From a virus: a DNA stretch of 64,000 nt. The stretch covers positions 28,116 through 92,115 of IMG/VR virus record IMGVR_UViG_3300021085_000017, one strand, 5' to 3'. The first letter of the stretch is position 1. Each line of letters begins with the position of its first letter. This document shows positions 59,232 to 64,000 of the stretch, piece after piece. The notes under the pieces are model-generated. The model worked only from the letters and a program-made list of their open reading frames with translations. It was not told the origin of the DNA and did no database searches. A program made the translations under genes and the position numbers.

Positions 59232-60454
59232 CTTGTGTTTCCATAATGATTGACTTCTATGTTATCATTGCCTATAAACTTACGCCACGGGTCAACTACT
59301 ACTGAACCATCTGGTATATCACAATACAACTTATCATTATCATCACCCTCTTCTTGCATATACTTGTAAGTTGTACTTGCACTGTGAGCCAATAAAAACA
59401 CACACGCACTCTCAGGTTGATTATCATCACCTGTTAATGGGTCTACATATGTTACTTTGTTTCCACGTTCTTCTAAGTAATGACCAATCAACATACTATA
59501 ACTGCCGTCTAGGTATGGAACTCCTGGCTTATATGCTTTGCCATGAATCACAATAGGCAAGTTTCTTTCACTAGAATAATACTCTAATCGTTTTGCTAAG
59601 TTGTCTGCTTGTATCTCTCGTGCATTCATAATTGCATCAAACAAGTCGTAACCTAAATCTAACTCATCTGCCATATAACGCAATGCAATGTTATCACGTG
59701 GATGACAACCGCCACCATCTCCCATACCAGCAGTCATGTATTGTGGTCCCATGATACGCATTGTGGATTTAGCAAGAGCATTAGTTACGACATCAACGTT
59801 TATGTTGCCTTGCTTCTCGGCTACGTCTTGTATCATATTCACTAGACCAATCTTGGCACTAATGAATGTATTGTAGAACACTTTAATACACTCACATTCA
59901 TCCCATGTACCAATCTCGTATCTTGGTTCGTTTTCCATTATAGACTTGTAGAAGTCTACTAGTTCTTTTGCATCACCTGTTTCACTTCCGTCTTCGGTAC
60001 CAATCATAACCATTTCTGGATTAATCATGTCCCATGCCACTGAACCCATTGCGATTAAGTATGGATTGTATACAAATCTTGTATTAGTCACATGCTTTAC
60101 AAATTCTCTTCTGACAGTACCAGGAAGAACAGTAGAGATAAGAACAAGCAACTGTTTCTTATTCATATGTTTGTTTGCTCTTTGTATAACATCAATGACA
60201 GTATCATAACCAAAATCTTTTGGTTTCAAATGGGCAGTTGGTGCATTGCCATCATATGATTTGTCGTGTGGAGTAGGAACTGCAATGAATACTATATCTC
60301 TATCTTTAACAGCCTCTGATATCGTAGTAAACATAGTAACATATCTGGTATCTTTAATTTCTATATCATATCCGGTCACGTCATGTCCTTTTTGTGAAAC
60401 CACTTCTGCACATGGCATTCCTAATTTTCCAACACCTATAAAACCAATCTTCAT
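59228..60454 (-). CDS. ugd: UDP-glucose 6-dehydrogenase family
   Basis: GVGKLG, VPTP, STVLPGT, GDGGGCHPRD, GKAYKP. Confidence 0.85.
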   Translation of the reverse strand: MKIGFIGVGKLGMPCAEVVSQKGHDVTGYDIEIKDTRYVTMFTTISEAVKDRDIVFIAVPTPHDKSYDGNAPTAHLKPKDFGYDTVIDVIQRANKHMNKKQLLVLISTVLPGTVRREFVKHVTNTRFVYNPYLIAMGSVAWDMINPEMVMIGTEDGSETGDAKELVDFYKSIMENEPRYEIGTWDECECIKVFYNTFISAKIGLVNMIQDVAEKQGNINVDVVTNALAKSTMRIMGPQYMTAGMGDGGGCHPRDNIALRYMADELDLGYDLFDAIMNAREIQADNLAKRLEYYSSERNLPIVIHGKAYKPGVPYLDGSYSMLIGHYLEERGNKVTYVDPLTGDDNQPESACVFLLAHSASTTYKYMQEEGDDNDKLYCDIPDGSVVVDPWRKFIGNDNIEVNHYGNTR

Positions 60455-60483
60455 TTCTATTCCTTGTTAATTAATTATATACG

Positions 60484-60502
60484 TATTTATCTAAGATAAA
60501 TA
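60484..60502. promoter_or_regulatory. Back-to-back divergent late-type promoters
   Basis: TATTTATC-TAA-GATAAATA between divergent genes. Confidence 0.6.
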
Positions 60503-60532
60503 TACATATAATTAGGTTATGGATAAAACAGA

Positions 60533-61990
60533 ATGAGCAAAATGAAATCTGAAGAATTAACAAATATATCAAAGAAAAGTATGTATCATAAGTTTGATAT
60601 TAAGACTGATAGAGAAGAGACTGTTATTCCTGCTTCTAAGCATTTAATGTATCTTCCTATCATTGAACCAACCGAGACTGATGTTGGCTTTTCATACATC
60701 ACGTATCTAAGACTTAGCGTTATAGACCATGGTGACTACTTAACTCAGACTACCTTAGAAAATCCAGAACATCCGTTATTAAATAAAACTGATTGGATGG
60801 AACAGGGAAAGAAAAAATACAGAGACACATTGATACCAAAATTTGTACACAAAGACTTAGCGTCAGGTAGATGTGTTAAACTAATACTAGATTACTCACT
60901 TGAAGGTTTTCATAAAGTAGACTGGGATTATATCAGTGAATTATTTGGTGTAGAACAATCTAAGATAGTATGGCTTACTAGTGTAACGAATCCAGAATGG
61001 ATGGACGCACAAAGTGATGTTACAGTTCTTTATCATAACTTCTGGGAACAATTTGTAAATTCACTGACAAACAGGAATGTCCAAACAACAATAGAGTACC
61101 AAGAAGGTCTCAGACAGCAATTCAAAGATATAGATGAATTAAAAATTAGAAATCATCATGGATTAAATTACAACCGTAGACCACATCCTCATAGAGTTTA
61201 TATTCTTACTAAATTGATATCATTAAATATTTTAGATAAAATATCATATAGTTGGGGTGGCATTCACATGACACTTCCAGAAGATTGGTATGAAACTACT
61301 GATGTGACACTAAAAGACCAAGCGATGCAAGAAAGAACACAAAAGTTTATGGATAACAAACAAGAAGAACTTTGGAACGCCGTAGAGTCTAACAGAATTA
61401 TTGGTGGTGAAAGGGACTGGGAAAGTCTGGGTACTCTTGTAAATATGGAACAGAAGAGTTTTCCTGATGAAGATTTGAAAATTAACAAAGCAGATAGTCT
61501 AAACTTTGACCATGTTAGAGATGTATACTTTCAGATAGTGTCTGAAACTTTCGCACTACACAATGACCCAGATTGTTTCTTATCAGAGAAAGCATATAAA
61601 CCATTAGCATGTGGTATGCCATTTGTTATATGGGGACCTAGAAATTCTGTGTTAACATTAGCCAAACAAGGATATCACACATTCGAAGACTGGATTAACC
61701 ACGATTATGATGGCATTGAAGACTCTGCGTCCAGAATGGGACGTTTAATAGAAGAGATAGAAAGATTGTGTGCTATCCCACCAGAAGAGTGGAGCATTAT
61801 GTTAAAAGAAATGTTACCAAAGTTGATAGATAATGCTATGATGATTAGAAATCTTAGTAACGAATCGTTAAGAAGAATACCCCCATCTGATTATGTAAAA
61901 GAAGACTTTAATGTGTTTGAATTTAAAGTCGATGGTCTTGATAAGTTTTACAACGACTTCATTACATTAGATATGGATAGAATACTTTAA
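60533..61990 (+). CDS. Putative glycosyltransferase-like protein
   Basis: NYNRRPHPHR, IVSET, FLSEKAYKP...PFVIWG, GYHTF. Confidence 0.5.
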   Translation: MSKMKSEELTNISKKSMYHKFDIKTDREETVIPASKHLMYLPIIEPTETDVGFSYITYLRLSVIDHGDYLTQTTLENPEHPLLNKTDWMEQGKKKYRDTLIPKFVHKDLASGRCVKLILDYSLEGFHKVDWDYISELFGVEQSKIVWLTSVTNPEWMDAQSDVTVLYHNFWEQFVNSLTNRNVQTTIEYQEGLRQQFKDIDELKIRNHHGLNYNRRPHPHRVYILTKLISLNILDKISYSWGGIHMTLPEDWYETTDVTLKDQAMQERTQKFMDNKQEELWNAVESNRIIGGERDWESLGTLVNMEQKSFPDEDLKINKADSLNFDHVRDVYFQIVSETFALHNDPDCFLSEKAYKPLACGMPFVIWGPRNSVLTLAKQGYHTFEDWINHDYDGIEDSASRMGRLIEEIERLCAIPPEEWSIMLKEMLPKLIDNAMMIRNLSNESLRRIPPSDYVKEDFNVFEFKVDGLDKFYNDFITLDMDRIL

Positions 61991-62364
61991 AACTCTATCT
62001 CGTTTAGACCAAACTCTCTATCTAAATATTTGTATTCTACTTTGACTGGGTCCCAAACTTGAATGTGTTCTATAACTGCATTCGGGTCAAACGGTCCACA
62101 AGTGTAGACATCCAATTGTATCAAGGCTGGGTCAACATCATTCCACACATGACATGCGAAGTGTGATGTTTCAATGATGACAACACATGTTGGCCCATTG
62201 TTGCCTGGCATATAATCTATGTTTGCTGATATAGGACCTGCTAGAATTTTCATTCCGATTTTATCTACGAGTTCAACCATCCATTCTTTTAGTTCGTCCT
62301 CTAATGGTGGCTTGTTTGCTTCTATTCTTAATATAATGTGCTTATGCACTAGGTCGGCGCTCAT
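61987..62364 (-). CDS. speD: S-adenosylmethionine decarboxylase proenzyme
   Basis: HKHII, IETSHFACHVW, DVYTCG; class 1B size. Confidence 0.8.
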   Translation of the reverse strand: MSADLVHKHIILRIEANKPPLEDELKEWMVELVDKIGMKILAGPISANIDYMPGNNGPTCVVIIETSHFACHVWNDVDPALIQLDVYTCGPFDPNAVIEHIQVWDPVKVEYKYLDREFGLNEIEF

Positions 62365-62390
62365 CTAACTCCTCCTTTGGTAGATGCTTC

Positions 62391-62492
62391 TTAACTCATT
62401 AAGTATAGACCAAGTTCCATAGTTAGCCAAACTGATGTTATAAAATATAACACGTTTAGCCATTTACGGTTTAGTCTTTCTATTTCTGACAT
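62391..62492 (-). CDS. 33-aa single-TM peptide
   Basis: Not in ORF track. MSEIERLNRKWLNVLYFITSVWLTMELGLYLMS; AGGA SD; fills intergenic gap. Confidence 0.5.
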   Translation of the reverse strand: MSEIERLNRKWLNVLYFITSVWLTMELGLYLMS

Positions 62493-62505
62493 ATTATTCC
62501 TGTTG

Positions 62506-62961
62506 TTAGCCTGCTAATGGATTACTTGCTTTCAATCTATTTGATTCAATCTTCTCGTCTTGTAGTTCGTTTTCTTTCTCAACGATACGTACCTTCTTGT
62601 CCATTTCAGTTAAAGTATCTTTCATTGCACCCAAGTCTGCGCCAATACCATCTAGTTTTTCTGAGATTGCTACTTCGACTTCTTCGATTGCCAACTCTAA
62701 TTCAACTAAGTCTAGTTCATTACCTGCTTCTACTTGTTCTTTTAATGCAGTAATTCTATCTAGTATATCAACTTCTAAAGATGATACTTTGTCGTTTATT
62801 ACTGAGATTTTGCTTTCTAGTGGAGCAACGTTCACAGATGGTGCGTTTTCAATTGCATCAAGGCGAGTATTAAACTCTCCCCAAGCATAAAATCCACCAC
62901 CGATTGCACCGATGACGCCCACAAGAGATGCGTAAGATGTTAATTTATTCATTAAGTTCAT
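62506..62961 (-). CDS. Membrane-anchored coiled-coil protein
   Basis: N-terminal TM (LVGVIGAIGGGFYAWG), coiled coil, ends NPLAG. Confidence 0.7.
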   Translation of the reverse strand: MNLMNKLTSYASLVGVIGAIGGGFYAWGEFNTRLDAIENAPSVNVAPLESKISVINDKVSSLEVDILDRITALKEQVEAGNELDLVELELAIEEVEVAISEKLDGIGADLGAMKDTLTEMDKKVRIVEKENELQDEKIESNRLKASNPLAG

Positions 62962-64000
62962 TTTCTAATTCCTCCAGTTCTGCCTCTAATCGGCTTATGT
63001 TTTCGTTAGTGTTATTTATCTCTTCCTCATACACTGCCATAGGGTCATTATCAGCATACTCTCCTAGTGTTCTATCTTGGTAAACTGACCTGCCATATAC
63101 TTCCAAGATGGTACTCTCAGCATACCAATCATTATTATCTGGTAGTTGCACTGGGTCATATAATACTTGTGATGTATATTCACTTATGTCTGGTTGAGAA
63201 TCAATCATTGCTTGTGCTAAAACAAACGAGGTCGCTTTAAGTTTTAAATCAATACGAGTAAGATTTGCTTCAATACGAGCAATAACTCTTTCGATACTTG
63301 CTTGTATTTCTTCTACCTGTGCTTCTATCTCTGCATCAGTTACCTCAACTTCACCATCTGCCTCTACATCAGTTTCAGCATCAGTTTCAGTTTCTTCTTG
63401 TTCTTCTACTTCAGTTCCTTCAGTATCTTCAGTGGCTTCATCATCAGTTGACCCGTTTGATGATTCAGAACTTTCCTCAGTTGCTTCGTCACTATCCACT
63501 GACTCTTCCACATCACCACTGGACTCTTCTTCTGTCGCCTCTTCATTGTTTTCTTCCTCTACTGTTTGTTCTGTTTCCTCTTCAACAGGAGTCTCTTCTT
63601 CAACTGGTGCTTCTTCTTCAACAGGAGTCTCTTCTTCAACTGGTGTTTCAGTTGGTGTTTCAGTTGGTGTTTCTTCAAGTTCTTCAAGTGTTTCTTCTGA
63701 ACCTGCTGTGTTTTGTACTTCCTCTTCCATTGGTGCCTCTTCGATTGGCATCTCTTCTTCCATTGGTGCTTCTTCTATCATAGGAGTATCTTCAATAGGA
63801 GCCTCTTCTACTATAGGCGTTTCTTCAACAACAGGAGTTTCCATTGTTACTTCTGGTGTGCCCATCTCTTCTGCCATAACATCCTGAACCTCTTCAAAGA
63901 ATTGTTCTTCAGTTATATTCTCTTCTGCTAATGCATCAGAGAACTCTTGTTCCATTCCTGCTTCTTCTATAATACTAGTGAATGCTTCTTCGAATGATTG
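62945..64000 (-). CDS. Highly acidic low-complexity protein (5' part beyond window)
   Basis: Frame open to base 64000; E/T/P-rich repeats then coiled coil. Confidence 0.75.
   Translation of the reverse strand, partial: QSFEEAFTSIIEEAGMEQEFSDALAEENITEEQFFEEVQDVMAEEMGTPEVTMETPVVEETPIVEEAPIEDTPMIEEAPMEEEMPIEEAPMEEEVQNTAGSEETLEELEETPTETPTETPVEEETPVEEEAPVEEETPVEEETEQTVEEENNEEATEEESSGDVEESVDSDEATEESSESSNGSTDDEATEDTEGTEVEEQEETETDAETDVEADGEVEVTDAEIEAQVEEIQASIERVIARIEANLTRIDLKLKATSFVLAQAMIDSQPDISEYTSQVLYDPVQLPDNNDWYAESTILEVYGRSVYQDRTLGEYADNDPMAVYEEEINNTNENISRLEAELEELENELNE
63575..63845 (-). repeat. Coding tandem repeats (18-bp PVEEE[TA], 12-bp ETPT, EE[AT]P[IM])
   Basis: tcttcaacaggagtctct/tcttcaactggtg and tttcagttggtg units. 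Confidence 0.75.

Noticed and set aside
63575-63845. CRISPR-like array
   Set aside because: Units are in-frame coding tandem repeats with no unique spacers; no cas genes
1-64000. Stop-codon reassignment, tRNA genes, DGR
   Set aside because: Genes are long and dense in the standard code with all three stops used; no tRNA cloverleaf, reverse transcriptase or TR/VR pair noticed

Overview
AT-rich (standard genetic code) segment of a large T4-like/jumbo myovirus genome, probably marine. An alphaproteobacterial host is inferred from GANTC/GcrA-type promoter motifs. Left to right: 5' end of a probable tape-measure gene; gp26-like and gp51-like hub chaperone genes linked by a canonical -1 frameshift signal; a ~600-bp promoter-led, highly structured non-coding region directly upstream of a GIY-YIG nuclease; a ~170-nt small RNA with an anti-Shine-Dalgarno loop; a desaturase/GNAT/2OG-oxygenase cassette; Hc1-like, gp46, SDR, gp47 and gp55 genes; a baseplate module (gp48/54-, gp53-, hub-, gp5-, gp25-, gp6-like and a 3174-aa protein) interrupted by clpP; and a ~26-kb modification island (glycosyltransferase-like genes, six radical SAM enzymes, sulfotransferase, APS kinase-SGNH fusion, NDP-sugar enzymes), followed by speD and an acidic repeat protein running off the right edge. 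No tRNA, rRNA or CRISPR array was seen. All calls come from motif recognition by eye; no searches were run.
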